Below are positions 48,517 through 61,840 of a stretch of DNA of 64,000 nt, in pieces (position 1 is the first letter of the stretch; each line of letters opens with the position of its first letter). Under the pieces are notes generated by a model that worked only from the letters and a program-made list of their open reading frames with translations, ran no database searches and was not told where the DNA came from. The translations under genes and the position numbers were made by a program. Source of the DNA: Negaprion brevirostris (lineage: Eukaryota); the NCBI GenBank assembly GCA_030324005.1, contig JARDVH010000163.1, forward strand, positions 53,941,959-54,005,958, given 5' to 3'.

Positions 48517-50844
48517 TTCCAAATGTAGCAGCAGGCAAGACAAAATTCTTGAGAGGGGAAGACCTGTGTGGACGAAGTACTGAGAAAATTGGGTGGTTTG
48601 ATTTATTGATTAAATTATGTTTTTCTCACTTTAGATTATTGATTTTTGTGTTTATTATTTTGGAGGTATATCATGACATACAAACCAACATGCTACTCAG
48701 AGAAAATTTAAATTATACTTTACTTCTGATGCTGTTAATGGTCTGTCAGTAACTGACAATAAACTTTCTTGTTCATAATGGATTCAAGTTCATAGACAGT
48801 CTTCCTCAAATAGAAAGGTGGATTACTGGTGTGGGAATGGAAATTATTTCATTTGTGAGGTTCTTCTAAATGTTTAATTAAAGTACATTGTGGGGGCAGT
48901 GAACTTAGAATGATTGATGACACTAAGTGCAAAAAGTGGAAAATGTTTTTTTGCTGTTTCACTCAAGTCAATTATTTTGATAAGTCAAAATCACTCCAAA
49001 ATAAATTATTACATGGTAAATAATACTTCCAATAATGTTATCTTTTTACTTGCTATGATCAAAGAGGACTTAGGCAGAAACATAAATGCTGTATTCAAAT
49101 CCACCACTCATCACTTTACCTATAGAAAGAATAACACTTTGAGTATGATTATGACAGGGGAATTAAGGGTTATGGGGAGAAAGCAGGAAAGTGGAACTGA
49201 TCCACTTCAGATCAGCCATGATCTTATTGAATGGCGGGGCAGGCTCGAAGGGCTAAATAGCCTACTCCTGTTCCTATTTCTTATGTTCTTATGTTCTCAT
49301 GTTCTTATGATTTTATGCCAGAATATTACATTTTAATTTCAGGTATTAAAGCTGTGGAGTAGATGGGTACAAATATTATCTTGATAGGAAACCATGATTA
49401 TGTTCCACTTACCTTTCAGCAAAATTAAACATTCCATTGACCCCTTGTTTAATACAAATTCCAAAACTACCATTCTGATTTAGAGCTCAGCTTTGTAAAG
49501 GTTTGATACAAAGGCTTAATATTAAACTCAAGACATCAGTTTACACTTCATGAATTTGGATGTGGTGAAGATTTGGACATATATAGACATGGCAATTTAC
49601 CACTGAAGCAGGAGATACACATTTGAACTGTTTGCCATTACCATACTATTTATTAATGAATGACTCAATTTTCTAACCTATGCATTGATCTCCATGTCAC
49701 AGAGTAATTACGGCAATAAGCCGACAGCAGAAAACTCAGTCCCTGCTGGAATAGGCAGCTTATCTTAGTACCTGGTGGCACATTTATATGGTTGCTCAAC
49801 ATGATCTGAATAAGCTTCCTTCAGATTATAGTCTGGAGTCAACATCATTCACAGTCTACATGCTTCTCCAGACTTCTTAATTCAAATTACAGATGCAAGG
49901 AACTGGCCTGCTAGAATCTCAGCAACATACTGATTATACCTGTTGATTGGAAGTACATGTTGGTACAAGAAGATCAAAGATTTCTTCCAATGCCAGACCT
50001 GCTTCTTTGCTCATTATATCAAGTAACTGAGTTTTCATGCTTTTATAATATTGTGGGTAAGCATTTATTTTTTCTGTACTGAAACTCTGTAATCAAGTAA
50101 AGATCCTGTACATATTGAAGCCAATTGGAAGGCTTTTCGACTTTCTTTTACCTGCAGTATTTTTTGCTGATACATTTTCTTTACAGCTGATGAATTATTT
50201 CAGTGTTACTGGTGATCAGTGATGGGGCTTAATGACAAGGCAATGTAACTCCATACAGTGCCCATATTGAAATTGCTGAACTCCTTTCACACATCTGTCA
50301 AAGTTACATTTCATTGCAGCACACAACCTCTTTTTTGCTAGATGTCTTATGAGCATGTATTTGAAGGAAACTCATTTTCAGGTCTAGCTGAAAGTTAGTA
50401 TGTAGGACTAAATTGGACAGCTCTTTCAGAGAGCTAACACAGGCCGCAGTGACCCATTTCTGTTCTGCAAAACCATAATTCTATCTGTCATTTAAACGGG
50501 ACACTTTTTTCTTTTCTGTAAATAGTTTTTTTAAAATCATATTCGCAGCAGGAGGTCTTTGCCCATCTGGAGCACTTATTGAGAATATGACTGTACTCCC
50601 CACCCTATTTTTCACTATGTGGTTTAAACAGATTGGTCAGATCTGACCAGTCTTTCCTCCTATAATCAATCTCCTGTAGATGAACATAAAACACTATTTA
50701 AAAGTACTTTGGCATTTTTACAGTCGTTTTGTAACATCTATAGATTCCTCCTTCTCAATAAATCAAAAGCTTTGCATGAAGTTTTATTCACCTAGCCCCA
50801 GGTAATTGTTGCTTTCATAATATTAACAGTGTATATAGTGTATT

Positions 50845-51560
50845 AACAGTGAATATAGGGAGGAATATAAGCTGTGCCAGGTGCCACATGTGGGAGTTCT
50901 TGGTGGCGTCACGTGTCCCGAAGGTGCACATCTGCATGAAATGTTTAGAACTGCAGCGCTTGAGGGCCCGGGTCAGGCAACTTGAGGGGCGTCTGGAGGA
51001 TGCGTTTCTAGTTAGGGAGAACGAGGAGTTAATGGTTAGGAACCACGATCAGGAAGAGATCCCAAGGGCTGAAGATCAGGAAGGGTGGATGACTGTGAGG
51101 AGGAGAAAGAGGAAGAAGAAGAGTAGTCAGGGTCCCCCGGCCTCCTCAGAGCCCCCCCAAGGTTCGTCGACAGGGGCACAAAAGGATAGGCAGAAGGGGG
51201 AGACTGACCTAGAGGGACAGAAGGGGGATGGCAAGGTTATAGTGGTAGGGGATGGGAGGGTCCGGGGTATTGATAGAAGGTTCTGTGGACAGAGGCGTGA
51301 CTCCAGGATGGTGGTCTGCCTCCCNNNNNNNNNNNNNNNNNNNNNNNNNNNNNNNNNNNNNNNNNNNNNNNNNNNNNNNNNNNNNNNNNNNNNNNNNNNN
51401 NNNNNNNNNNNNNNNNNNNNNNNNATCTCCCCTGAATTTGGCTAAGGAAGGGGTTCCATTAGTAGACACGCAGGGTAGAATAGGTGTAGGGTGATGGCGG
51501 CCCGGGCTCGTTGGGCCGAAGGGCCTGTTTCCCGTGCTGGGTTGTTCTTTGTTCTTTGTT
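50845..51560 (+). mobile_element. CR1-type ORF1 (zinc finger, coiled coil, SGNH esterase-like) followed across a gap by a CR1 3' tail
   Basis: CARCHMWE...HICMKC, LQRLRARVRQLEGRLE, VIVVGDGRVRGIDRRFCGQRRDSRMVVCL; tail gggccgaagggcctgtttcc...(gttcttt)n. Confidence 0.85.
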
Positions 51561-54544
51561 GTTTGTACCTGATTCACCGTTCTATGATGAACCATCTCCA
51601 AAAGGCCTCACATAAATACCTTCAGCTACTAAGCTATGATGATGAAGTACCTTTCATAGTAAGCAACTGACATCAGGTATCTGAGTTTCTTGAAATTCCA
51701 AGACAACCATCTTCAAGCTCCCTCAGTTGACAAAGGATAGGTTACATTAAAGCAGACTAGTGGAAAGGAAACTGTCTTTCTACGTTTCATCATTAAATGG
51801 GGCTGATTATGAGTCTTGCCACATATTTAAATTGCACTGGCTGACATGACGATAAATCAAACCTGATAGCACTTTTTCTTTTTGGATATATTTCTTTGAA
51901 GGTATTTAGTTAACACTTACATTCAGCATATGAATAATGCTGCAGAGACATTTATCTGAGAAAGTGCAAAGCATATACATTCAAATGACAGTAAAGATGA
52001 TCAAGTATATTGTACTGTGATTGATGTTGATAGCAGAATGTATATTTGTTCACTTGATGTTTCAGATGCTTTAGTATGACAGTTAGCTAGCATCAAAATT
52101 CATTATCTGAGATATTGCTTTAGGGAAACCCACCAATTTGCCAACTGTTAACAAATTCAGAACAGCAGGATCTCTTTATGTGATTAACATCAAAATTAGT
52201 CTGTTTTATCAAACTAATATCAACCAGATATAAATAGAGAAGAAGCTGAGGAAGTGATCATGGCGATACCTTCATGTTTGAACAATCAATGTGTTCATAA
52301 AGAGGGTGGCACTGGAGCTGTAAAGTAAATGAAAATCAGGGGAAATGTTATTAACTGATTTCTGCACTCAGGAGTCTATTCTTGGCTGTCACTCTTCATT
52401 TAGTTTGATGCTGCTCCCTACACTCAGAAATCTTTACATACTTTTTCTTTCTCCTATATTAGAGTGGTTCCAGTTTACTCCCTGTCTCAATTCCAAGCTT
52501 TGAATCTCCTCGTTCCTCATGGTAACTTCCAGCAGGAGTCATTGTCTTCATTTCATTTCACACTCTGTGCCCCACAATCCTTCACCTTTGTGCATTATCT
52601 CACATTTAACCAGTCTCACCATTCTCTTTCCCGAATCAATGTTTGGCTGTGGCTTGTTTTGCTGCTTCCTTGTTTAGTTTTATTTCATTGAACTGGTGTG
52701 GTCTAGTTCTGTTTGAACTTTCCAGTTATTCTACGCAGAATCTCACTCACCACAACCTCTGAGGTTCCCTTCAAGTTACATGTTATTCTTAGACTTATTC
52801 TTATTCTTCATTGTCATAGATTTTAAAATCTCAATTTAGAAGGGATAGGTAACAAATGCTAACCTTGCCAGCAATGATCACATCATGTGAATTAACAAAA
52901 TAAACAAATAAAAAAAACACATAACATCATTTAAATACACTTATTAATTCACCAATGTTTGACCATTTCACTGACATTACATTGCCAATGCAAAGTTCCT
53001 CAGCCATACCTGTATATCATTTCTGCAGTAAACTTGCAGGAGAAAAGTGAATCAGAGTACATGTTTTGTAGCTGGCCCTGACTAGGTAAAGGACCAATGC
53101 ATTGATGCCCAGTGGCACTCGCAAGAGTCATGTGGACTCTAAAAGAAACAAAGAATGGAAACACACCACCATTCGTGTTAATACAATGAGATTAATGTTA
53201 CACGTTAGCAATGGGAACGCAGCTCAAGAATTCAGGTATTGAGGTCAACATGTCCAATTTGTTGTCCTCATGATTTTCCTACCACTACCATTGATCTCAC
53301 TCATGTATTTATCTATTATTTGCCTCAAGTCTTCTCTTTCTCCTAGCTGTAAAATGAATTTGGTCAATGTCAGACTGTAGCTATCACAAAGGTCTTGTCT
53401 CACAAATAAACCAGTCCCACTGGGCATTAATTGCTTAAGCTGATCGGATCAAAAGGCTGTTTGTTTTGAAAAATAAAATTGTGTTACTGATACGGTATGT
53501 TACTGGAACTCTCTTCGGAGGTTGCAGATACATTTGTAAAGATAAGTATGAAAGAGACTTATTGTGCATTTGGTCCACATTGTAACTATTCTAGAGGGTT
53601 TGATACCAACACTGCAGGAGTTGTGGGCTGTGTAGCTGCCCTGATAAGGACACAAAGTGCTGTGGGACCTCCATCACTTGCTCTGAGCAGGAGATAATAC
53701 ATTGCAGACTACGTGACTAAATAAAAAATATATATTTTTAAGATGATGGCTTATTGGTGTTCTAACTAATTTGCACTTGAGGTTGTAATAAAATAAAACA
53801 TTTACATCTTTCAAGTCCTCAGGAGTTTCAAAAACTCATTGATCATCAGTGAATTACTTTTTAGTGTTACACTGTCAGAAAATGACAGCCAATTTGCACA
53901 CAGCAAGCACACAGTCCAGCAGAACAAATGGGAAATTCAGGAATACACCAAATCCAATTATTTGATCTTTAAAATGAAATATCTGTAAATTACTGGAAGT
54001 GTGTGCTCAAACCTCTATTTCATAATGCAAGAAGGCAAGGCAAGGAGCAGTATCAAGGTAAATAAGGAATGGCAGCCCAAGAGTTAGATCCTATCGTTAC
54101 AGCCTTGTAAAATCACCCCCTTAAAACCTTTGTTATAAAATGCTGAAAAGTTACCAGGAAAGGTTGAAGAGCCAAGACTCTTTTCTCTACAAAAGAGGGT
54201 GTTTTAAATTTTGAAGGCAATTGATAAGGTATACATTCACACTTTTGTTGGTGGCTTTAGCTATGGACCATAAATATAGGATGGTGTTATGAGGCATTGC
54301 TTCTTTATTTATGAAAATATGATCTTTCAACTGATTGGAAATTTTGCAATTTGAGCTGTGACAGAGCAAACTGCTTTAAAGTGTAAGGCCACATTCTAAA
54401 AAGATGAGATACTAACAAATCATCCTCAGGGTTATGTGAAAAGAAAATTATTTCTTATAATCCATTGAAACTTGTAATTATCTAAGGAAAAAGCATTAAA
54501 AATGCAAAGTACTAGTTGTACTAGTTGTAGATAGTACTAGTTGT

Positions 54545-55125
54545 AGATCTAATGCAGGGGGGAGCTATCCAATAAACAGCTGAACCATCAGAAGTATAGA
54601 CACACAGAGGGACAAATCCTTAAAGGTGGCAACACAGGTAGAAAAGGTGGTGAAGAAGGCAGATGTCATGCCTTCCTTTATCGGATGGGGCATAGAGTAT
54701 AAATGTTGGCATGTGATGTTGCAGCTATATAGAACATTGGTTAGGCCACATTTGGAACACTGCGTCCAGTTCTGGTTGCCACACTACCAGAAGGACATAT
54801 AGGCTTTGGAGAGAGTGCAGAAAAGGTTTACCAGGATGTTGCCTGGTATGGAGGGTCTTGGCAATGAGGTGAGATTAAGTAAACTAGGGTTGTTCTCCCT
54901 GGAAAGACGGAGGTTGAGGGGCGACCTAACAGAAGTTTATAAAATTATGAAGGGCATACCAAGCAAGTTGGTTGAAGCAGACACGCTAGAATCATTTAAG
55001 ACTTATTTAGATAGCCACATGGGAATAGAGGGATACAAACGGATGGCCTAGTTAGGAACACACGATCAGTGCAGACTTGGAGGGCCGAAGGGCCTGTTCC
55101 TGCACTGTATTGTTCTTTCTCTCTT
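54545..55125 (+). mobile_element. CR1 LINE 3' fragment with internal deletions
   Basis: LERVQKRFTRMLPGMEG...LGLFSLERRRLRGDLTEVYKIM; 3' gagggccgaagggcctgttcctg; short tactagttg repeats at the 5' junction. Confidence 0.85.
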
Positions 55126-55770
55126 TGGTTTTGTACAAAGCATTCATGACTTTTGTCTGCGTAAATACTTACACTTCCTGTTTTGGATGCAAAGCCATAT
55201 GTGAAGTGAAACAAAGATATTATATGCTTGCGTCTCTAGAAACCTGAGAATATTTATGATTTATTTTTAAAGAGTTGGTTCAAAAACAGTGAAAATATTA
55301 AATTTTTCTTTTCAAATTAAATTTGCCATTGATGCTACCTAGCTTCACTCTCCCCTCTCAGAGAGGAGTCTTCCACAGCCTCATCAATGCTCTAGGGCGA
55401 GCCAACCAGAGGAGACCTCACTCAATAATAAGCCTCTATTCTTTCATTCAGCCATCAGAATGCAAGGTTACCAGCTAAACAGTAGTAAAACCTAAATGCA
55501 GCATGTAACAGAGTGGGCCCACAGGGTTCTAAAATACATTTTTGATCTTGTCCACATTATCTGGAAGGAGGCAGTACAAAAAAATTGCTATCATTGACAA
55601 ATAAATTGGGCAAGCGCTCTTAAAGTGGAATGAAATGCAGAAGTTCAAATAATATCCAGCAGACCAATCTGCTATGCAACATATTTCTCCCAGTTCAACC
55701 TCAAAAGCCCTGAGTCCTTCTAAATGAAATGGTGAGTTGTTGTATAAGAACTCTAGAAATAAATGATAGT

Positions 55771-55966
55771 CATGATGTGGAGATGCTGACAGTGGACAGC
55801 GGTGGGCACAATAAAAACTCTCTCAACACCACGTTTATTTGGAATCACAAGCTTTCAGAGTGCTGCTCCTTCATCAGGTGAGTTTCTCAAGGAGCAGTGC
55901 TCCAAAAGCTTGTGATTCCAAATAAATCTGTTGGACTTTAACCTGGTGCTGAGAGACTTCTTACTA
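55771..55966. mobile_element. Palindromic Penelope-like element end
   Basis: Inverted arms tttatttggaatcacaagcttt...gctcctt / aaggagc...aaagcttgtgattccaaataaa; starts catgatgtggagatgc, the reverse complement of 42062-42077. Confidence 0.75.
55845..55881 (-). ncRNA. Minimal hammerhead ribozyme motif (PLE type)
   Basis: Minus strand reads UCAC-CUGAUGA-AGGAGCAGCACUCU-GAAA-GCUU-GUGA: conserved core, stem I UCAC/GUGA, palindromic AAGCUU stem III. Confidence 0.6.
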
Positions 55967-55974
55967 TGCCAGAA

Positions 55975-56345
55975 ATAGAAGCAGCAGGCCACATAGTCTG
56001 TCAAGTGTGCTTCGCCATTTGATATGATCAAAAGCTTCACCTCCATTTTCCTGCCATTCCCCATACCCCTCTATTCCCCGAAACACTAAAAATCTATTCA
56101 TCCCAACCTTAAATGTATTCAATGGCGGAGCATCCACAATCCTCTTGGGTAGAGAATTCCAAAGATTCTCAACCCTTTGGAGTGAACCAATTTCTCCTCA
56201 CCTCAGTCCGTATTAATCAGTCCATTCTCATGAGACTGCTCATGTTTTAGATTCCCAGATAGGCAGAAAAAAATCTCAACATCCACTCTATCAAACTCCC
56301 TCAGAATCTTGTAGGTTTAATAAGATTATCTTTCATTCTTCTCCT
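55975..56345 (-). mobile_element. CR1 3' fragment
   Basis: Reverse complement of the CR1 ORF2 end and 3' UTR (gaattccaaagattctcaaccctttggagtgaaccaatttctcctca). Confidence 0.7.
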
Positions 56346-56349
56346 TATC

Positions 56350-57100
56350 ATAGGGCAATGGATAAGGATATTGTCCTATCACAATTCAAGCATAACTACA
56401 GCACACAGCAAGATTCCAAGTAGTGGTGTTGCCTGTCTAGTGTCAAGTTTCAAGACATTTCCTCAGCTGGAGAGGAACTTGGTGGTAGCGGGAGGATCCA
56501 GTTGTCATAGCAATGACACAGACAGGACAAGGAAGTTCTGAAAGACAGATGCCTAGATTATCTGAGCGACGTTCAACTTAGCAGAGAGCAAATAAGATCA
56601 GAAATGAATATCATAGAAACCCTACCAGTACAGAAAGAGGCCATTCGGCCCATCAATTCTGCACCGACCACAAACCCCAGGCCCTACCTCCATATCTGTA
56701 CATATTTTACCCATTAATCCTCTAATCTCTGCACCTTCGATCAATTTAGCATGGCCAATCAACCTAACCTGCACGTCTTTAGACTATGGGAGGAAACCAG
56801 AGTGCCAGAAGGAAACCCACGCAGACACAAAGAGAATGTGCAAACTCCACACAGACAGTGCCCCAAGCCAGGTATCGAACCCAGGTCCCTGGAGCTGTGA
56901 AGCAGCAGGGTGCTATGGTGCCGTATGTAGATTGTGGATTGAAGACTGGTGTAGAAAAATGGGTCCTAGTTCATGGTGCATTGGTCCTAGCAAGTGGAGG
57001 TTCTCCATTTGGGACAATCTACACCTGAACTGCAATGAGGCTGGTGTTCTAGTGAACAGAGACAGTATTAAACTATACAGTGGGGTCAGGGATCTAATTT
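56350..57100 (+). mobile_element. Old CR1 ORF1 esterase fragment interrupted by a SINE
   Basis: gtggtgttgcctg (VCCLP-like), gaggatccagttgtc, and after the SINE WIEDWCRKMG...WDNLHLN..AGVL. Confidence 0.55.
56611..56923 (-). mobile_element. HE1-type V-SINE
   Basis: Typical core and tail in reverse orientation. Confidence 0.85.
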
Positions 57101-59272
57101 GAAAAGATGTGGCACATCAGGTAACATTCACATCACCACTCAAGTGCCAGATAATGATCATCTCCAATCAGAATCTAACTATTGCTCCATGACATTCAAC
57201 AGCATTACAATCACTGAAACACCCCCACTATCAACATCTTGAGGGGATTTACCATTGACGCATTCAAAGAATGGGTCAGACTATGAATCGCAGGTGAGGA
57301 AATGTTCACATACAGTTGATAGGTCCTCTGATGGGGGAAATGGGGAATGGGGAATCTTATGCTGGAACCTCACTAAATGACATGGTAGAGTTCAGAATGT
57401 TCAATTATTGTGACAAACAAGAGTGACCGCAACAGAGCTTTTTGAAATAGCTGACAAGTTAGGGGGTAAAGCTGTATAGAAGGCTACACAGACAGTTGAG
57501 GGAGTTTGGTGTATATTCAGAAGTCCCAAATAGGCATCGTCCAACATGTGGAAAAGGTCCCATTGGATGGTACTAGTTAAAGACACCCTGAGACTAGGTT
57601 AGTGGCCGAAGGATTTGAAGAATGGTTAGCAGATATAGAAATAGTGGACTCACGCCTGTAGTGGATCACATCCAGAGGCAAATGTTTCTTAAACCACCTC
57701 AGGCACAGAGATGGAGGCAAAACTTTGGAATTTGAATAAGTATATTGTTTCATAGAGGTAGAGGTTTACAGCATGGAAACAGGCCTTTCGGCCCAATTTG
57801 TCCATGCCACCCTTTTTTTTAAGCACCGAAGCTAATCCCATTTGCCCACATTTGGCCCATATATGCTATACCCTCCTTACCCATGTAACCACCTAAATGC
57901 TTTTTAAATAACAAAATTGTACTCGNNNNNNNNNNNNNNNNNNNNNNNNNNNNNNNNNNNNNNNNNNNNNNNNNNNNNNNNNNNNNNNNNNNNNNNNNNN
58001 NNNNNNNNNNNNNNNNNNNNNNNNNTATTTCTTTGATGTATTTTATTTCTTCAGTGCTTCTATCACTCACTTGGTGGCTCAGATTGCTACAAACCAAAAA
58101 ATTGGGGGAGATGTAAAACAGGCTGCTGATTTTTGGGATCCAATTTATCTACAGTGCAAAGTTACAATCTACTCAAAATGAACTTTAAAGGGACCAATTA
58201 TTTTAAATTATAAACAGTAAATGAAAAAGCCGTTTAATGAATTTGGTTGGATTTGTGTCTCCATGTTATAGGAGTTCATGCAAGATTGTTTTTCCATCAT
58301 CAAAAAGCTGGTATAGACAGGAAAGACCTACCTCAATGGCTCTTATCTGCATGGTAGCCATTCAGCTAGGTTACCAGGTTACTTTCTTAACATCAATGTG
58401 CTCCCAACTTCTCTGACAGTCTATTTTGGTTCTTCTTTATTTAATCCTTTTAGCTACCTCTCAGTTAATTTTCCTGATTTCTAACTATCCATGTCTCTTC
58501 TTTCATTTCTCCACTTTCTGCCTCATCTACTGTTCATCCACTCTGCAAATCTCCTATTCACCATTCATTAATTTTCCTCTACTCATTCAACAATCTCCTT
58601 CTTCTACAAGATATTACCTCTGTATCCACCCTGCTCTTATTCTCTTGCAAGATAATTCTTTACACTTTACCTCACTGAACATCTTTTCTTGTTTTTGTTC
58701 TCCCCTTGTTTTCCCATTCTATGATTCTTTTCCTTCCTATGCTTCCTTCTTCTTCCCACTCTCTGGCACACATACCTCTTTCTTCTACCTTAGTGATTTG
58801 CTGCAGAACTCCAATATCTATTTGAATCTTGACAGAATAAGCATGTTGTAGCATCCAGTGGTCCTTAAATCAGATTCCATTTCTAAAGCAGTGATAATAT
58901 TAAGATAAAACTGATAAGGAAGACAGCACTCTAAAGGATCTATACATTCAAATTGAATAGCCACATTCCAATTATTATTAGAATATAACCCCAGGGAAAT
59001 CCACTAATTCAATTTCTACTTAAAATTAAAATTGATTTTACCTCTGATAATAAGGATTACATTAAAATGATTAAACCTTTTATATATTAATCAGTCTAAG
59101 ATCTGTAATGTTCCTGAACTTTATTCTGACTTCATCACTTCCTTTTAATATGATACATTCCAAGATAACATTAGAAAGATTTTGTCCTTTACAACTTAAG
59201 GGAAATGGAACTGTAATTAAAAAAGAAATGGAGGCTGTGCATCATTTGGTAGTATTATGTCTCTGTTGCAGT

Positions 59273-59492
59273 TGAAGTAACTCCTCTGAAGCCAGTATCC
59301 CTGTGCCAAATTTAGATGTATTTATACAGAAAGCAGCACTCATACAGAGTATAAACTTACAGTGCCAGTAATTCTGACACTCCACATTATATACTCTTGC
59401 AGGGCTCCCTGATTGGTTAATCAGTTACTACCTTAATCAGGGAGATCACATTTTAAGAAGTTTACATTGTGGGCCTCATTAAAATAATCACA
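59273..59492 (-). mobile_element. Solo LTR, 220 bp
   Basis: TG...CA termini with a perfect 5-bp TSD gcagt (59268-59272 and 59493-59497); internal ccctgattgg...aatcaggga inverted motif. Confidence 0.75.
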
Positions 59493-59803
59493 GCAGTGAT
59501 ATGTTACTTTGATTTACACTTTATAAGGAATTGGAAAGTTGTGCTCTGTAATTAGTGTCCATTTAATGCACTGGTTAAATAAAGACAAGCTCTGACTGCA
59601 GTGTGACCTATTTAGTAACTTTCTCACTCTCATGTCAGAATCATGGGTTAAAATGCCATAATAGTAAATGCAAAGATAATTTATGCTGACACCTCTGTGT
59701 TTTATTGAACGAATTCTACTTTTTGGATGATTTATCTTTCAAAGCTATTGCTGAATTTCTTTTTGCAGTGGTTTGATGCACTCAATTGTTTGGTAGGCCA
59801 TTT

Positions 59804-60140
59804 CATAGGTTCTTAAAATCCCTACAAAACAGAAGAAGGCTATTTGACCCATTGAGTGTGTACCAACTCACTGATAGAGCATCCCATCCAGATCCACTCA
59901 CTGCCCTATACCCATAACCCCACACATTATCTTGCTAACTCCCCTAACCTACACATCTTTGAATGTTAAGGGGCAATTTAGCATGGCCAATCCACCACAT
60001 CTTTGGACTGTGGGAGGAAACTGGATTTCCCAGAGGAAATCCATGCAAACACAGGGAGAATGTGAAAACTCCATACAGTCACCCAAAGCTGGAATTGAAC
60101 CTAGGTCCCTGGCGCTATGAGGCTATGCCACTGTGCCATT
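59804..60140 (-). mobile_element. HE1-type V-SINE
   Basis: gggcaatttagcatggccaatccacc...tttggactgtgggaggaaac...ccactgtgcca. Confidence 0.85.
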
Positions 60141-60194
60141 TCAGGGTGTAGTCAAGCATTAACAACTTGAAGGAATCCTGCAGAACTAAAGATT

Positions 60195-61840
60195 TAAAAC
60201 ATTTCCTAGGATGTGATCACTCCTGGCAAGTCCATCATTTGTTACCCACCCCCTTCTTGAACAACTACATTCCATGTGGTGTTGGTACACTCACAAAACT
60301 ATTGGGAATGAAGGGGGACAATCAGGCCCCCCAAGGCATGGACACCCTGACAGTGCCAGCTGTATCCCCCGGCACTATCCAAGGAGCAAAGTGCCCATGC
60401 CCAGATGGCACCTTGGCACTGCCTGATGGGCATTGCCAAGGGGCCGGGGCATATTGTGGGTGGAGCCTGGGGTGATTAGTGGAGCTGGGGGTCCAGCTGC
60501 CACTCTGCAGACAGGATCAGTCTGGGATGGAAGGAGGGCAATGATTGGGGTGGCTGGGGGTGNNNNNNNNNNNNNNNNNNNNNNNNNNNNNNNNNNNNNN
60601 NNNNNNNNNNNNNNNNNNNNNNNNNNNNNNNNNNNNNNNNNNNNNNNNNNNNNNNNNNNNNNNNNNNNNNNNNNNNNNNNNNNNNNNNNNNNNNNNNNNN
60701 NNNNNNNNNNNNNNNNNNNNNNNNNNNNNNNNNNNNNNNNNNNNNNNNNNNNNNNNNNNNNNNNNNNNNNNNNNNNNNNNNNNNNNNNNNNNNNNNNNNN
60801 NNNNNNNNNNNNNNNNNNNNNNNNNNNNNNNNNNNNNNNNNNNNNNNNNNNNNNNNNNNNNNNNNNNNNNNNNNNNNNNNNNNNNNNNNNNNNNNNNNNN
60901 NNNNNNNNNNNNNNNNNNNNNNNNNNNNNNNNNNNNNNNNNNNNNNNNNNNNNNNNNNNNNNNNNNNNNNNNNNNNNNNNNNNNNNNNNNNNNNNNNNNN
61001 NNNNNNNNNNNNNNNNNNNNNNNNNNNNNNNNNNNNNNNNNNNNNNNNNNNNNNNNNNNNNNNNNNNNNNNNNNNNNNNNNNNNNNNNNNNNNNNNNTGC
61101 ACCCCGATAGTTCCAAGTCAGATGATGGTGTTCCCATGGGTCTCCCACCTTATTCTGGACATTATTGAGGCAGCTGAACATGATTGGGCCTAACATATAA
61201 CCTTGAGGAACTTCTGCAATGTTGTCCTGGGACTGAAATTATTGACCTCCAACAACCACAATTATTGTCTTTTGTGCTAGCTACGACTCCAGCCAATGGA
61301 GGGTTTTCCACCTGATTCCAATTTTGCCAGAACTTTTTGATAATACATTTGGTCAAATGCTGTCTTAATGTCAATGACAGCCACTTTCACCTCACGTCTG
61401 TAATTCAGTTCTTTTGTCCATGTTCATATCAAGGCTGTAATGAAGTCAGGGGCTGAGTGGCCCCAGTGGAACCCAAACTGAGCCTCAGCCAACTGTGTAG
61501 GTGCTGCTTGAAAACACTGCCAATGACACCTTCCATCACTTTGATGACCAAGAGGAGTTTGCTGGGGTGAAATTGGCAGGATTGGATTTGTCCTACATTT
61601 TGTGGACAAGACATATCCTGTGCAATTTTCTACATTGTTGAATAGATGCCAGTGTTGCAGATGTATTGGAATAGCTTGGCAAAGGCCATGCTTATTTCTG
61701 CAGTACAAGTCTTTAGTAGCATTGCCAGGGTATTGTCAGTGTGTATCGTTTTTGCAGCATCCATTGCCTTCAGCTGTTTCATGAAATGATTTGATTTGGC
61801 CAACAATTGTCATCTCTGATTCTGGAGACCTTGAGAGGAG
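60195..61840 (-). mobile_element. CR1/L2-group LINE fragment (RT and 3' end) interrupted by a DNA element at ~60312-61120
   Basis: AQFGFHWGHSAPDFITAL, LGPIMFSCLNN and DIKTAFD-like motifs on the minus strand; tail at 60195-60310 is the reverse complement of the 40575-40770 type. Confidence 0.65.

Noticed and set aside
58426-58851. 141-aa hydrophobic ORF
   Set aside because: Pyrimidine-rich low-complexity sequence that lacks stops by composition; no domain or splice context.
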